Source: Felis catus (lineage: Eukaryota). From it: a DNA stretch of 64,000 nucleotides. A program made the translations under genes and the position numbers. Shown here piece by piece: positions 24,670-37,827 of the stretch. How positions within the stretch are numbered: position 1 is the first letter of the stretch; each line of letters starts with the position of its first letter. The stretch is from the NCBI RefSeq assembly GCF_018350175.1, contig NC_058382.1, positions 53,570,001 to 53,634,000 of the forward strand. Direction: 5' to 3'. The notes beneath the pieces were generated by a model. It saw only the letters and a program-made list of their open reading frames with translations, searched no databases and had not been told where the DNA came from.

Positions 24670-24850
24670 CTTAAGAGTATGGCCTGGGAAGTGGCTGAAT
24701 CAGAATCGCCCAGAGCATGTGTTAAAGATACAGATCCCTCCATGGCAGGAGACTGACGGAATCAAAATGGCTGGGGGACGGGCCCTGGGAAACTCATTTT
24801 TTTACCAGAATCCCAGAAGACCCTAACTTGCCCTTTTGTTAGGAAACCCA
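24670..24850. mobile_element. MER5-like hAT element
   Basis: ATCAGAATCGCCCAGAGCATGTGTTAAAGATACAGAT...GGGCCCTGGGAAACTCATTTTTTACCAG. Confidence 0.6.
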
Positions 24851-25162
24851 GCAGACGTGCATCTTGAGGACGGTGTTTGAGTTATTGCAAAGTTTTGTGA
24901 CAGCTACAGTCGGGGCCAAGGGGACTCAGGGAAGCCCCCTTAGGGAGGTGACTTTGGAACTCTGGTTTGAGAGGTCAGTAAGGAAGAGACTGCAGATCAA
25001 GAAGGGTCTGAGGACGCCCTGTCAGAGGGGAGGGCACAGACCGGTCCCCAATGTTCCTGAAACAGCCAACAGAGGAGGTCTGAAAGAGAAGGCGAGACAA
25101 GTCAGTCCAAGGAATTCGGACTTTATAAAAAGCAAATTTTGCAAGCAGACGACAAAACCAGA

Positions 25163-25372
25163 TTTTTAAAACTGAGGTGCAACGGCATGCAACATGACCT
25201 TAATTTCAGGGGTACGACGTCTTGATTCACCACCTGTATACCCCGCAAAACGATCACCATCAGCCTAGCTAACATCCACCACCACAGTTATCAACTTTTT
25301 GTTTTTCTCTTGGGACAAGAACTTTTAAGACCTGCTCTCTCAGCAACTTTCAAATGGGCAATGCAGTATTAT
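25163..25372 (-). mobile_element. L1 3' end fragment
   Basis: TTTCAGGGGTACGAC...ACGATCACCATCAGCCTAGCTAACATCC...AGAACTTTTAAGACCTGCTCTCTCAGCAACTTTCAAAT. Confidence 0.8.
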
Positions 25373-26284
25373 TCGGATTTGTATTTTTTTTTTTAATAAA
25401 GCACAATCCTGTCGATTAATTCAAACATAATTAAAACACTGAATTGACAGAAATTGCAGACAGATGCAGGACTGAGTGTGTTTTGGCAAATGAACCAAGG
25501 AGCAAAGAAGGATCCTTTAACAGGACCCACGAGCCTGAAAGTTGCCGGGAAATAAAGGGAAATGGCAGTTGGAGACGATCTATAAATCAACACGAGCAGG
25601 AGAATGACCCAGAAGCAGGGAACGGACCGTGAGTTCATTCTGCTAAGCGAAATGAACGTTTTGGGTTTTTTTTTTTTCTTTTTTAAAGTACTGTTTGCCT
25701 GTTTAGATTCCTTTCGTGTCATACTGCCTCTGAATCCAACTGCTTGTCCGGCTCTCCATATTTTTTCTGGATAAAAACCAGGGCACGAGGTGTGTCGGGC
25801 CCATGCTCAGGGTGGGGTGGCCTGGGAAAGGCAGGATTTGGGGAGGAGGGGGTGGGCCTTGGAGTCCGGGATTTGCCAGTCATAGCCCTGTGACTTTGCC
25901 CAAGTTCTAGACCCTCCCAAATTCTTAGTTTCATCATGTACTAATGATGTAAATATTAGGTGTGGATAGTAATAACTATTTCCCAGGGCCATTTCAAGGG
26001 CTGACTGGTATAAGGGAAAAAAAAAAAAAAAAGCCAGGCATGCAGGGGGGGCTTGGGGAAGGATGGAGAATCACGGGAAACGGCGGCAGTGATATACAAT
26101 CATTATAAAGATAGCATTTCTTTATTCCCTGGGGAGCTGAGCCTGGAATCTTCCCAATCACATTTTTGCTTAGAAGAGTTTGGCTGGGAAATAACTGAAA
26201 CTGGGAGGTTCCCCTCCCAAAACTTGTGTGCAGAGGGCACCCGCTTTGCTCGGGGCACAGCAGGCAGGGCAAAGGCGCCTTGCT

Positions 26285-27095
26285 CTGGTGACTCAGCTCA
26301 CATATCTCCATGGGGTGACCGGTGCCGCCTCCTCCAGGACCCGAGCTGGCTGTCCCGGCCGCTGCCCTTACTGAGAAGATGGCAGGAGGGGCCGGCCTGG
26401 CCCTAGAAGGCCCTTCACTGAGTGACAGCCGGAGCGCCTCGTCTGACTCACCGCTCAGGGCGGGGCACGTTGCTGGGGCATGGGTGTTCCAGGGGAAGGT
26501 GGGCCTGTCGTGACAGAGCCCCCAGACTCAGTGCTGAGTCACCCCCCGAGTGTCCTCAGCCCCCACTCCCTGCCTCTCTTCCCTTGTGGACCTGACCGGG
26601 CCCATTCTGGGAAGGTATTAGGCAATGGATCGCCTAGAGACCCCGGTGCACCTACAGCCCAGGAAGAGTTAAATAATTATCCCAGGAGCCAAGCAATTGC
26701 TTGGCTCAGAGAACCAATAATACTTAAGTGTTTGCTGTATACGAGACCTTGAATGGGGTTGGAATAGGAGGTGGAGGATGACAGAGAGCGTGGCCAACTC
26801 GCTCCTGTGTGCCCGGGGCTGCACCTGGTTTTCAACGGAGGAGTCCTGGGTCCCCTGGAAGCCCCTCTGTCCCTGGCAAACAGGGGAGCTGGCCCCTGAA
26901 GGGACAGGGTGGTAGAGAAGACAGGCGTCTGTGCCCAGAGGTGCTGACTGGTGAGGACGTGCTGCTGCCTGACGTTTACGTGCGTGAGTGTTTGCTGTGT
27001 GCCTGGCACTGCTCTGTATTCCCTTGTGTAAGCCCCAGAGCGATCCCACGAGGCAGGTCCCATCCGCGTTTGCCAACGAGTAAACTGAGTCACAG
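26285..27095. promoter_or_regulatory. AP-1 / ARE motif cluster, candidate enhancer
   Basis: TGACTCA at 26289 and 26444, TGAGTCA at 26535 and 27086. Two of these extend to GTGACTCAGC on one strand. Confidence 0.4.
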
Positions 27096-28123
27096 GAGGG
27101 CCGAGCGACTCTGTGAGGTTGCAGGAGCACTAATGTCAGTGCACGAATCTTGGCGGTCCGGGTCCAGGCTGAGCCCCATCTGAATTCGTTGCTTGGATCA
27201 GTACACACACACTTAGACACAGACACACACGGGTTCCCCCGTGGCACAGGGCTGCAGTAAATGTCATTTCAAAGAAGCCCGGTCTCGCAGTGGAGGACGT
27301 TACGGGAATCAGGACCAAAAAGATCCCAGCTCCCGAGCAACCCTTCCTAAAACGTCTCTTCCCTCCATTCCTTTGCACCTGGTCCACGGCTACTCTGGAT
27401 CCTTCCCTTTCTAAACTTCCAAAACCTTCTTCCCCTTCTTCCCTTCCTCTCTTTCTCTCTTTCCCTTAAAAAAAAAACCCAAAAATCAAAAAACAAACAA
27501 AAACCCCCTCCCCGTCTGCCCGCTTCACCCAGCCCCTCTAGAAGGAGCCCAGCCCGGGGCTGACCACAAAGCAGGCTTCCTTCCCTCCTTCCGGGAGCTT
27601 CCCCTCTGGCGTCTTGCCACAGCCCAGGACCCAGGCAGGTGAGACAGAACTTTCCTAGGCAGTCAGATGGGAGGTGTAGGTATGGAGGAGGAAAACTGGG
27701 AGCCCCACACATTAAACCACCCTGTTCCCTCACCTCTGACGCTGCTCCCTCTGCACCCATGGCCGAGCCACAGACCCACGGCCCATTGCCGTCAGGACCC
27801 CCAGAGCCTGGGAAATCCTTCAGACCCCATATCGGCATCTCTTTTCAAGCCCATGTGCTCGCGCCTGGTGTCTGTGCCATTCTTGCTGGGGTGGGGCTTT
27901 CTACAAAATCCCTCAAAGAACATTTAGCGCATTTTGTTTACTTAGTGCATATTTCAAGCTCCTTCCTGGGCCAGGGTTCCCAACCCCCTGGGGGGACGGT
28001 GGGTCTGACACGCACTGTTTAACTGTGGGGTCCGCTTCACTCGTGCCACGGGGCTCACACCCAAGTCCAGGGAGCCTGAGACCACTCACAGGGAGATGAG
28101 TTCAATAATACCAACATTTTGCG

Positions 28124-28292
28124 GGGGCGGCTGGGTGGCTCAGTCGGTTCAGCATCCAACTCTTGATCTCGGCTCAGGTCACGATCTCACAGTTCGTGGG
28201 ATTGAGCCGTGCCCCCCCTCTGTGTTGACAGCATGGAGCTTGCTTGGGATTCTCTCTCCCTCTCTCGACCCCTCCCCACCTCAATCAACACC
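28124..28292 (+). mobile_element. Older SINEC with degraded tail
   Basis: GGGGCGGCTGGGTGGCTCAGTCGGTTCAGCATCCAACTCTTGATCTCGGCTCAGGTCACGATCTC. Confidence 0.88.
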
Positions 28293-29407
28293 TTAACAGG
28301 TACAGCCGTAACCATTAGAGAACAAACCCAAGATCAAGGTTGGTCCCTTGGCACACGTGTACTGAATGCCTCCTGGATGCCAGACACACCTCCAGGGGCT
28401 GTGGTTACGAAGACACAGAACATGGCCTCGGCCCTTGTGCAGATACGAGCCTTGGTGAAGGGGTGGGCCTGTGGGCAAGAACAAGAACGAAACAATAGGC
28501 TCTGGGTGATGACAGTCACCGGGATCGTGGATCACAGGATCCCGGGAGACAGGTGCTGGAGCAGTCGGCGAACCCTTTGTGGGTGCAGAGGACCAGCAGG
28601 AGGAATCGGGAATGATAGCCGTGAATTCCACCTGCAGAAGGGACTGTGCTAATGCTTCAGCCCACGGGATGTGCTGTAGATTATTCTGGGCCAGGGCTGT
28701 GCTGGTTGCACACCCGAGTGTATGAGACAGGCAGTGCCCCGTAACAGACACAGAAGACGGAACGGCATGCGCGATCATGATTATTACCAACAAGTCCAGA
28801 GCGTTACGGGATTGTAAAACCAGAGGGTTGGTGCACCCAGGAGACCTCCTAGAACTAGGAACTAAAGCATGAGTGGGTTGTTCACATAGAGAACAGACAG
28901 GTGTGAGAGGGCGTTGAGTCCCAGAGAGACAAAGACATGAACAAGTGTGGCACACTGGGCAGGGTGGGTGGAACGTGAGGGAGGGAGGCGGATGGAAAGG
29001 TGGACCGGGATGGGGGCCCTTGGCTGAAGAGGCTGTGTGATGCGGCGTTCAGGGGTTTGACTTCACCTCCCGAAGACAGTAGAGAATTAGACAGTAGATG
29101 CTATTCTCAGTGTTTTTGTAAAGCCAACAAAAAGGCCAGTTCTTACTTATCAGTGTTATGGGACAGCCTCCCCAACATTTTTACAAAGGCATGAGTTTGC
29201 TAAGCAATAAAGAAATGATCACTTTTATTAAATATTTATTAAATACACACTATGTGCTGAGAACTGAGAACTGGTCCAAACCCAGGTGACGGGAAGGGGA
29301 GCAATGGAGATAGGGTGCCTCCCTCGGGAGCCCACATCCTCGCTGGGAGAGGACACTCGCACCCCAACTGATATTCAATCCTTTAGTTTAAATTATGTGG
29401 GCATCTT

Positions 29408-29616
29408 GAGGCGCCTGGGTGGCGCAGTCGGTGAAGCATCGGACTTCAGCCAGGTCACGATCTCGCGGTCCGCGAGTTCGAGCCCCGCGTCAGGCTCTGG
29501 GCTGATGGCTCGGAGCCTGGAGTCTGTTTCCGATTCTGTGTCTCCCTCTCTCTCTCTCTGCCCCTCCCCCGTTCATGCTCTGTCTCTCTCTGTCCCAAAA
29601 ATAAATAAACGTTGAA

Positions 29617-29655
<39 letters not shown>

Positions 29656-29656
29656 A
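29408..29656 (+). mobile_element. SINEC_Fc (young type) with (AAAT)n tail
   Basis: GAGGCGCCTGGGTGGCGCAGTCGG...CAGCCAGGTCACGATCTCGCGG. CpG-rich, with a tail of TAAA repeats. Confidence 0.95.
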
Positions 29657-29944
29657 GTGGCCATCCAGAACAGGGTGTGGACCTGAGAACCATGAGATCT
29701 GTTCAGCAGGAAAAGTCTGAAGGCTGACGGACTCCCGTGAATGAAGGGCCTTGAGGCAGAAACAGCTGAGCTCAGATCTGAAGGTGGGGAAGGCATGGGC
29801 CACATAAAGGGGTGGATGCAGGTGCTGTGGGCAGATGGGCGTGACCGGCCCCGAAGCAAGGTGTAGAGGTTCAGGGATGCGCTGAGTGGGCTGAAAGCCA
29901 CCTTCTTCCACCCCCCCCCTTTCCTTCTTGCCCTCTCCCTCTCT

Positions 29945-30095
29945 TACTTTGAGAAAACTGTAAGCCCCCGTGCAGTTACAGCAAATAATGCACAGAGATC
30001 CCATATATGTGACACCCAGTTCTCCCCATCTGACATCTTCTATAATTCCAGTATAATATCCCGACCAGGAAACTGAGAGTACGCTGATGCCCATT
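29945..30095 (-). mobile_element. Old L1 3' UTR fragment
   Basis: GCAGTTACAGCAAATAATGCACAGAGATCCC...CACCCAGTTCTCCCCA...CCAGGAAACTGA. Confidence 0.55.
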
Positions 30096-31980
30096 TCTTT
30101 TTCTTTCTGTTTTTTTTTTTTTTAAGAAGATGAAACTTCACACATAAATAATAAAAACAGCCACTTCATTATCAAAGAGTCCCGGCATCAAGAGTCACTA
30201 TTTCACCTCCCTCAGACAAAGCTTCACGTCTCTCTGGGCGAAAGAGCCTATGTGCACACACACGTGTATGCATGTACGCATATAAGGGTACAGACGCACA
30301 CATCGACAACCAGATGATTTTTCCAGCCTATTAAATCATCTAACTCAAAATTGGAATTGTTACATTATTAACTAACCAAAGATGACTCTTCTCTCTTTAA
30401 GGAAAAAAAAAAAAAAACGAACTCTAGCTTTAAATAAAGTATTTGAAACAGGATATTAAGTTATAACTCCTGGGGACGGGAGCTTGTAATAATTATGTTG
30501 AACAGCTCCCTTGGTTTTGAGAAGAAAGTGGGCAGGAATATTTTTTCCCCTTTTTATATCATTCCAGTTTGGCCCTGGAACACTCATCATTTTATAACAA
30601 TTCCATGTGTCATCCCTCCTACCATCATTCTATTAGAGCCTCGCTTCCCTCAGGATTTTTGAAATAGATTTCAGGGAAGGGGAAGTCAATGCAATGCCTT
30701 TTCTTACACACCAATATCTTTTGCTCCTCGCTGCAGGTTCACATTCCGAGGAAAGATTCTGTCCCACGATACAGTTAGTCCTATTTTCTGTCAGGAGGAA
30801 GAGATCGAAAAGAGGAAGCAAATGGAAATGTGAACCGGGGCGCAGGAAAGCTACAGGGTATTTGTAAGAATCAGAGTAATGTGCCTTTTAATAATGCACA
30901 AAGAATGCACACAGACACTCCGACAAGAGCTGGTAGTCACCTGGCTAGGTCCTTTACAAATAACTTCCCAAACATCTACAACAAAACTACAAACTATGCC
31001 TTCCTTATTCATGCCCATTGGCCAGATGGAAAACAAAAACAAAAACAAAAACACAAAACCAAAACCAAAAACAAAACAAGTCTGAAGGGAAGAAGGCAAC
31101 TATTCTGAAAGTCACAGAGAGTAAGAGAAAGACGTCGTGAGTCAAACTCAGGTCGGTGCAACTCAAGACCCCGGTGATCTTTCCACCGCATCACCTCGCT
31201 GGAGTGCAGTTGATTTTTTTTTTTTTTTTTTTTGATATAGCATTGCTGAGGACAAAGAGAGTATATCCCTTGGTGATCTGAGATAGAATCCGGGGCCTCC
31301 AAGGTTGTGTAACTAACTGATAATGAGACTGGCTTGGAGCTCAGATGAGGACCTTTTGGTAACTCTTGATCCTTAAATTGTAACTGTGGATTCTTGTCCT
31401 TTCTCCGGTGGTGGAATACCGCATGGGTTTTGCAATAAAAATCGTAATTATAGATCCCCTTGGGCAGTTCCGAGGCCTTCAGGAGAATGGCACCCCCAAC
31501 CATTCCAAAGTTTTACTCGGAAGAAGGTTAGCCTTGGAAGTTTTCCTCTCTCTTGCCATGGTTTGTGGAATCTGACCCCAGCCCCCGTCCTATGCCTTAT
31601 CTGCATTTACTTAATTGTTCCTTGCAACAACCCTTCGAGTTCCAAGTTCTAAGTTCTAAGGTTACCTCATGTACACATGAAAAACCTCAGAGGGGTGAGG
31701 AACTGACTCGGGGTCCCTCGAAGAAGCAGCTGCACCCCAGGAACGGGAATCCAGGTCAGACTGTGCTAAAAGGAGGTGGCTCATAACTCGGAAGCTAATC
31801 ATGGCAGAAGACTGTCTTTAGCATATACTTTTCTAAATAAAATTCCCCACACCGGGCCTTCTTCACCTTCTCTGTTTGGAGGGCTATCACATAGCCTTTC
31901 CAAAGCCCTCTCAAAGAATACAGCACTAGACTTCACTTCATTTATGCCAAGGACATAGGCAATGATGCCCCAAACATGCA

Positions 31981-32575
31981 CAGACAATCCTCATCACTCA
32001 CACATTCCATATCTCCTAGAATTGATTTGTAACCCCAAAATTGATCCGTGCAGTATTTTGTGGTCACTCGTGGACAAGTGCGGAGCAGCAAAATATCTGG
32101 GTTGTTTGATGCTCGTGTTCCCTTGAGGTAACGAAGGAGATGCCCTGCCTCTGTATTTCAGACTATACTGTAAATAATGTCCTTTTTACAGTCTATTTAG
32201 TGCCACATTCTGGTGCTTTGTGTTGGTGAGTTTGCTGTTTAAAATGTCCCCTAGACACAGAGCTGGAGTGCTGTCTAGTGGTCCTGAGAGTAAGAACACC
32301 GGAATGTGTCTCATGGAGAAAACAGCTGTGTTAAATACGCTTCACTCAGGCATGGGTTATAGTGCTGTTGGCTGTGAGTTCAATGTTACTGAATCAACAG
32401 TATGTCTTAAATAACCTGACAGTCATATATTTATCAGTTGATGAAAATGCGACCAGAGGCTTGTAGGAACCTAACCCTGTATCTCCCTTAGGAGCAATGG
32501 TTCAGTATTCACGAATTCAGTATTCACGAATTCAGTATTCATGGTGACTTTATACAACATAACTCTCATCGCTAC
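31981..32575 (+). mobile_element. MER82-like TcMar-Tigger DNA transposon
   Basis: GATTTGTAACCCCAAAAT...TCTATTTAGTGCCAC...CAGGCATGGGTTATAGTGCTGTTGGCTGTGAGTTCAATGTT...GGAACCTAACCCTGTA. A 15-bp tandem duplication TTCAGTATTCACGAA lies near 32501-32530. Confidence 0.82.
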
Positions 32576-34980
32576 AATACCTATAAAATAAGAAAGAACT
32601 GAAAACAATCTTTGGATAGGAGGACAATATTAAATTAACGTATCCATACAATGAACTTATATAAAGCCATGAAAGCTAAGTGGTCAGAAGAATAAAAAAT
32701 TACCATTATGTAATGCAAATGGAAGGGATGGGAGCAGAGTAGTAAGCTATGTAAATCCCATGGCTCAGAATTTACATAATTGGGACCTAGCTTTAAACAC
32801 ACACACATGAAACCCAACTTGGAAGGAAAGTTTCATGGTGGTCGCCTTTGTGTAATGTGCTTATGGATGTTACGGAGGGTCTTCTTTACAATTTATAATA
32901 TTTTTAAGTTAATTATGCTCTATATATTTAATGTATAATCATAACTGATTCAACAATCATAACTGATTCAAAACAGTTTCATCATTTGGTAGTCTTCATA
33001 AATATGTCCAACCCTTTTGGAATAATATACAGATACATCAAGCACCATAAAGTGCTCATAAACATTGCCCTGGTGATTTGTATTTTAAGGAAATAAGTTA
33101 AAATTTGGTTAAAAATTTGGTGCATAAAGACATTTATTACATATTACATATATTTTATTCAAGAAACACATCTGAAGCAAATTAGTAGAAATGCCAGCAG
33201 CATGAGGTCAGGAACATTGCAACATGAACACAATGAGATACCATGTAGCTATTATGTATCGTGTATTTAAGAAATAGTTAATCAGCACTTACTGCGGGCT
33301 AGAGATATAACTGTGAGCAAAAATGATACATTGAGGAACTTCTGTTTCTCCAGAAGGAAGCAGATATTAATCAAAGAAACAAACACAAAAAAGTAACACT
33401 GCTCTGATCAGTGTTAAGGAGAATGGTCCTTTTGTGATTTAAGAGGGAATAGTGACCAAGTGAGGGAGTAAGGATTCTTAGCTATTTCCCCAAGAAACAT
33501 GTGAGTGAGCTGAGATGTGATGTTTATTATGACTCTGAAGACAGATGGATGAAAGATCTATAAATAAAAATAAGACTGGTACTATAATTACAATATGTAA
33601 ATACACATATGTAGACAGAGATATGAATTTGCAAAAACAATGGAAGCAGGTCTATTAGGATAGTGAGATAGTGGGGGGTGATTTTTTTCTTAAAGTGACT
33701 GTTAATGTCCTTGTAGTATTTTTACAGTTAAAAACTTTAAATGTAGTCATCTCACATTTTTACTTGACCCAATTATATTTTTACATACTCAAAATTATAA
33801 ATTTACATTCAAAATAACATTTTAATAGCCTTGCATGGTTTATGTTATTATCTTTCCATATAAATATTCTATTTTAGGGATTCAAATTAATATACGTTCA
33901 CTATCAGAGCAATTGCTCAGGGTTAAAATGTTCTTCCTTACCCTACTGCCAATCAAATGCTCATAATGATTTTGTGAGTTTTTTTTTCAACTCCCCTTTT
34001 TCATGGTTTTATTTGCTTTTCATATCAGAGTTAAAGACTGAAAATATATCAGTGCTATCTAATAAGGTTAAATCTGACTCTATATAATTTCTCTCCATTA
34101 AAATAATCAATTGATATTATTAAAAAAGAGAATAGGAAGAAATATACAACACACTGCTGGTCCAAGGGTAACAGGTTGATCTGGTCAGCCCCTTGTCTAG
34201 AATTTGTGTTTTGTGTTCTGGATCCTCTTCCCCAGTGGGAGACAACAGCGGTGGGTAAGACAAAAGGATTGCAAAGGTCATACAAAACCCACCGGGGTGA
34301 GTCTATTCCAGAGATTAGGAAAGAGAGCTCAAGTTCATGTGCACCAAACAGTGCTCCCATAAGGGGAGCTCAGAGTGGGCACCCCTCACCCCCAAGCATG
34401 TGCTGGGTAAATTAATACATTTCAAAAGCCTAGAGAAACTACACTTCTTTGTGAAAACAAGGATACCTGGCAAAGGTTCTATCTAGGTAGCTCCACTTGC
34501 TTAGGTCCTTGGAAAGACAGAAGGCAATGCTAACCATAGTGATGAGCCTGCACCTACCCCCTGGGACACTGGAATGTCTACCGAGAGTATGATACAGGGC
34601 CACCTACCATGTTTTAATCATCTGCAGCAGCTGTAACTTCTAGAGCACTTTAGAGCTCTGAGACCTGACCAACAACTCAAGACTGAATCAAACTTTCAAG
34701 AAAATGAAGAAAAGAGCATTGGTTTATGGCAAACCCTATGAGGGACCATCTCACCATCTCCCGGCCTTGTCTTATTTCTTCTCTCTCTTCTCCCTCTGCC
34801 TGCCCCACCTCCTCCTTTTTACTCCTTCTTCCAACTTGGTCTTCCCCAACTCTGTCTTTATTCTGGATTTTGTTTCACAAGAGAAGACCCTTCTTCTGGT
34901 CCCTCTGTTGATTCTCTGCAACCATTCTGTTCCCTCCTTTCAACCTCGATATTAATCCTTTCTTGGTCCATTTCTTTACT

Positions 34981-35197
34981 TTTTTTAAAATTTTAATGTT
35001 TATTTTTGAGTCAGAGAGAGACAGAGCACGAGCGGGGGAGGGTCAGAGAGAGAGAGGGAGACACAGAATCTGAAACAGGCTCCAGGCTCTGAGCTGTCAC
35101 CGCAGAGCCCGACGCGGGGCTCGAACCCACAGACCGTGAGATCATGACCTGAGCCGAAGTCGGACGCTTAACCGACTGAGCCACCCAGGCACCCCCC
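34981..35197 (-). mobile_element. SINEC_Fc
   Basis: Full-length copy. Confidence 0.94.
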
Positions 35198-35439
35198 TTG
35201 GTCTGACTCTTTAAATGGGAAAACTGACAACAAGGCATTAAAATATTCTCCTCGGTTTTTCAGATCTCCACTTTGAAGAAGGAGCTACTAACCTTCTCTT
35301 TAGAAGTGACTGCACTGAGTGTCCCAGAAGTAAGAATGTAGCCCCAGTCGGGCTGGGCCGGGGGTCAGGGGGAAGGCAGAAAGGGACACTAGGTAGGGAC
35401 TCAAGACCTTTCCCCTGGATATTTCGGGGCTCCACATCG

Positions 35440-35755
35440 GTGTTCTCCCTCAGAGAGGTTTTCCCTGGACACCCCACCTTGAAGGAGGGTCTCTGTGGTG
35501 TCCTCTCAATTCGTTACCCTGCTGGTTTCTTTTCTGGCACTTTCCACACATAAAACCCAACTTTTGTATTCAAGTTAAATGTATATCTCATTTGTTTGTT
35601 TGTTTGTTTACCTTCTGTCCCTGCCCTCTCTGAGAATGCACGCTCCAAGAGAGGAGAAGAGACAACAGATATGCTGGGTCCCATTCAATCCCCAGTTCCC
35701 CGAGCAGTTCATGCTGCCTGGGATGTGCTCGATGCACATTTGCTGAATAAACACA
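35440..35755. mobile_element. L2 3' end fragment
   Basis: CCTCAGAGAGGTTTTCCCTGGAC...TGAGAATGCACGCTCCAAGAGAG...GTGCTCGATGCACATTTGCTGAATAAA. Confidence 0.55.
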
Positions 35756-36248
35756 TGATTACATAAAGAAAACTGACTTTTGGGGTAGAGCCTACGTGGT
35801 GCTTGGGTGAAGGGTTCTATGGCTAAAAGACAAACAACTTTTCCTTTTTTTTTTTTTTTTTAAAGCAAATACACGACCTGAGACTTAAGGATCTAAGCCA
35901 GTGTGAGTCATGCATGAAACATTTAAATGAGGTGAAAGAAAAACAGTCATAAAAATAATGACATAAAAGTGTTTTTCAGGTATGAAATCTTTAAAAAGTC
36001 GAAAGAAATCTGCGGGTTCGTTTTAGCAAGACGTTTTGCTTAACCCCACGTATCCAAATTATTATCAATCTGACGCGTGCCATCAAAGAATCGCGGAGGG
36101 GTTCTTTTGGTCCCTTTGTCTTGGTGCCTTTATTTGAAATCCAGGGTGTGTTTGACCGTGAAGCAACCTCCACCAGCCCGACCTCAGGTCCTCCGAAGGC
36201 ACATGCGGCCACGGATCCTGCACAGCAGCGGTAGCAAAATCTCTCACT

Positions 36249-36437
36249 TAAAAATTTATTTATTTATTCATTTTGAGGAGGGGGAGAGCAGAGAGAGAAG
36301 GAGACAGAATCCCAAGCAGGCTTTGCCCTGGCAGCGTGGAGCCCCACACGGGGCTCCAACTCGTGAACCGTGAGATCATGGCCAGAGCCGAGACCACGAG
36401 TCGGATGCTTAACCAACTGAGCCACCCAGGCGCCCCA
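36249..36437 (-). mobile_element. Older SINEC
   Basis: CAGAATCCCAAGCAGGC...GATCATG...CTGAGCCACCCAGGCGCCCC. Confidence 0.92.
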
Positions 36438-36776
36438 AATTCTCTTCATTTTTGACATCAGGACCCTGAGGCAAAGAGGGGTGGGGACCGAGCTATGGCC
36501 ATGTCACAAGGAGTCTGTTCTGAGCAAACTCAGGCCACAGCTGTGGGTTCTCATTCCTCATGCTGTATACTATTCACCTTTCTAGAAGGGGCTGTGAGCA
36601 CGGTCTTCACCTGAGCTGCTCAGTTTCGGTCTCACCAAGATCTCCGTGTAGCTATGCAACCTTGGGCAGATGATTCACTCTGTCTGAGACTCAGTTTCTC
36701 ATAATTTGAAGAGGGTTCTTCATAATGAACCAGAATCAAGTTATCCTAAAAATTTTACTTGAGTAAGATAAACCCA

Positions 36777-37215
36777 TGTCACGGGATAAATTATGTCCTC
36801 TGAAAAGATATGTTTAAGTCCTAACCCCCAGTATCCAGAACTTACTGGAAAATGGGGTCATTGCCGATGTAACTGTTAAAGCGAGGACATACCAGGGTAG
36901 GGTACACCCTGCACTCAGTATGACTAGTGTCATATGAGAAGACAGAAGACAGAGACGGGGACACAGGGAGGGCTCCCTGTGACCACAGAGGACAGGCAGA
37001 GATTGGCGCAATGTGCCCACAGGCCAAGGATTGCTAGCTGCCACCAGAAGTTAGGAAGAGGCAAAGAAGGATGCTGCTCACAGCTCCAGTGGGGGCACTG
37101 CCCTGCTGACACTTTGATTTCAGACGCGTGGCCTCTAGAACTTAAGAGAAGAAATTTCTGTGGTCTCAAGCCACCCGGTTTATAGTCATTTGTTACAGCA
37201 CCCTCAGGAGTCGAA
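36777..37215 (+). mobile_element. MLT1B/C-like MaLR solo LTR
   Basis: AAAAGATATGTTTAAGTCCTAACCCCCAGTA...GCCAAGGATTGC...CCACCAGAAGTTAGGAAGAGGCAA...CCTGCTGACACTTTGATTTCAGAC...TTTGTTACAGCA. Confidence 0.88.
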
Positions 37216-37227
37216 TACACCCATAAA

Positions 37228-37408
37228 CAGTTTGCCAGATGAAACACGGAATGCCCAGTGAAAGTCTAATTTCGGATAACAAAAACAAAACAAAGCAAAA
37301 AAAAAAAAAAAAAAACTGTTTAGCATAAGTATGTCCCAGGCAGTATTTGAAACATACTTATACCCATTCGGTGTCCTGTGTTTAGATGTTCTAAACCTGG
37401 CAATGCTA
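37228..37408. mobile_element. MER53-like palindromic hAT element with internal deletion
   Basis: TTGCCAGATGAAACACGGAATGCCCAGT... with a central hairpin ATAAGTATGT / ACATACTTAT and a CTGGCAA terminus. Confidence 0.75.
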
Positions 37409-37599
37409 CCCATAAATCACACTGGTGTGCATCAGCCACAGCTTTATAGAACATTAGCTATTGTCAGGATATTATTATGGCTCCATTAGGAGAGGAAATA
37501 TGTAGATATACGCATGCTGTGTGTAAATGAATATATACATGCTATAAACATTCTAACTTTGTAGGTAGTTACGAATGGATGTTGTAAGATTCATTTTAT

Positions 37600-37827
37600 T
37601 ATTTTCAATTTTTTTTCTTTAAAGTTTATTTATTTTTGAGAAAGAGAGAGAGAGAGAAAATGAGTGGGGGGAGGGGCAGACAGAGAGGGAGACACAGAAT
37701 CCGAAGCAGGCTCCAGGCTTCGAGCTGTCAGCACAGAGCCCGACGCGGGGCTCGAACTCACGGACCGAGAGATCATGACCTGAGCCGAAGTAGGAGGCTT
37801 AACTGACTGAGCCACCCAGGCGCCCCT
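37600..37827 (-). mobile_element. SINEC_Fc
   Basis: Full length, with imperfect TSD TGTAAGATTCAT / TGTAATATTCAT. Confidence 0.94.
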
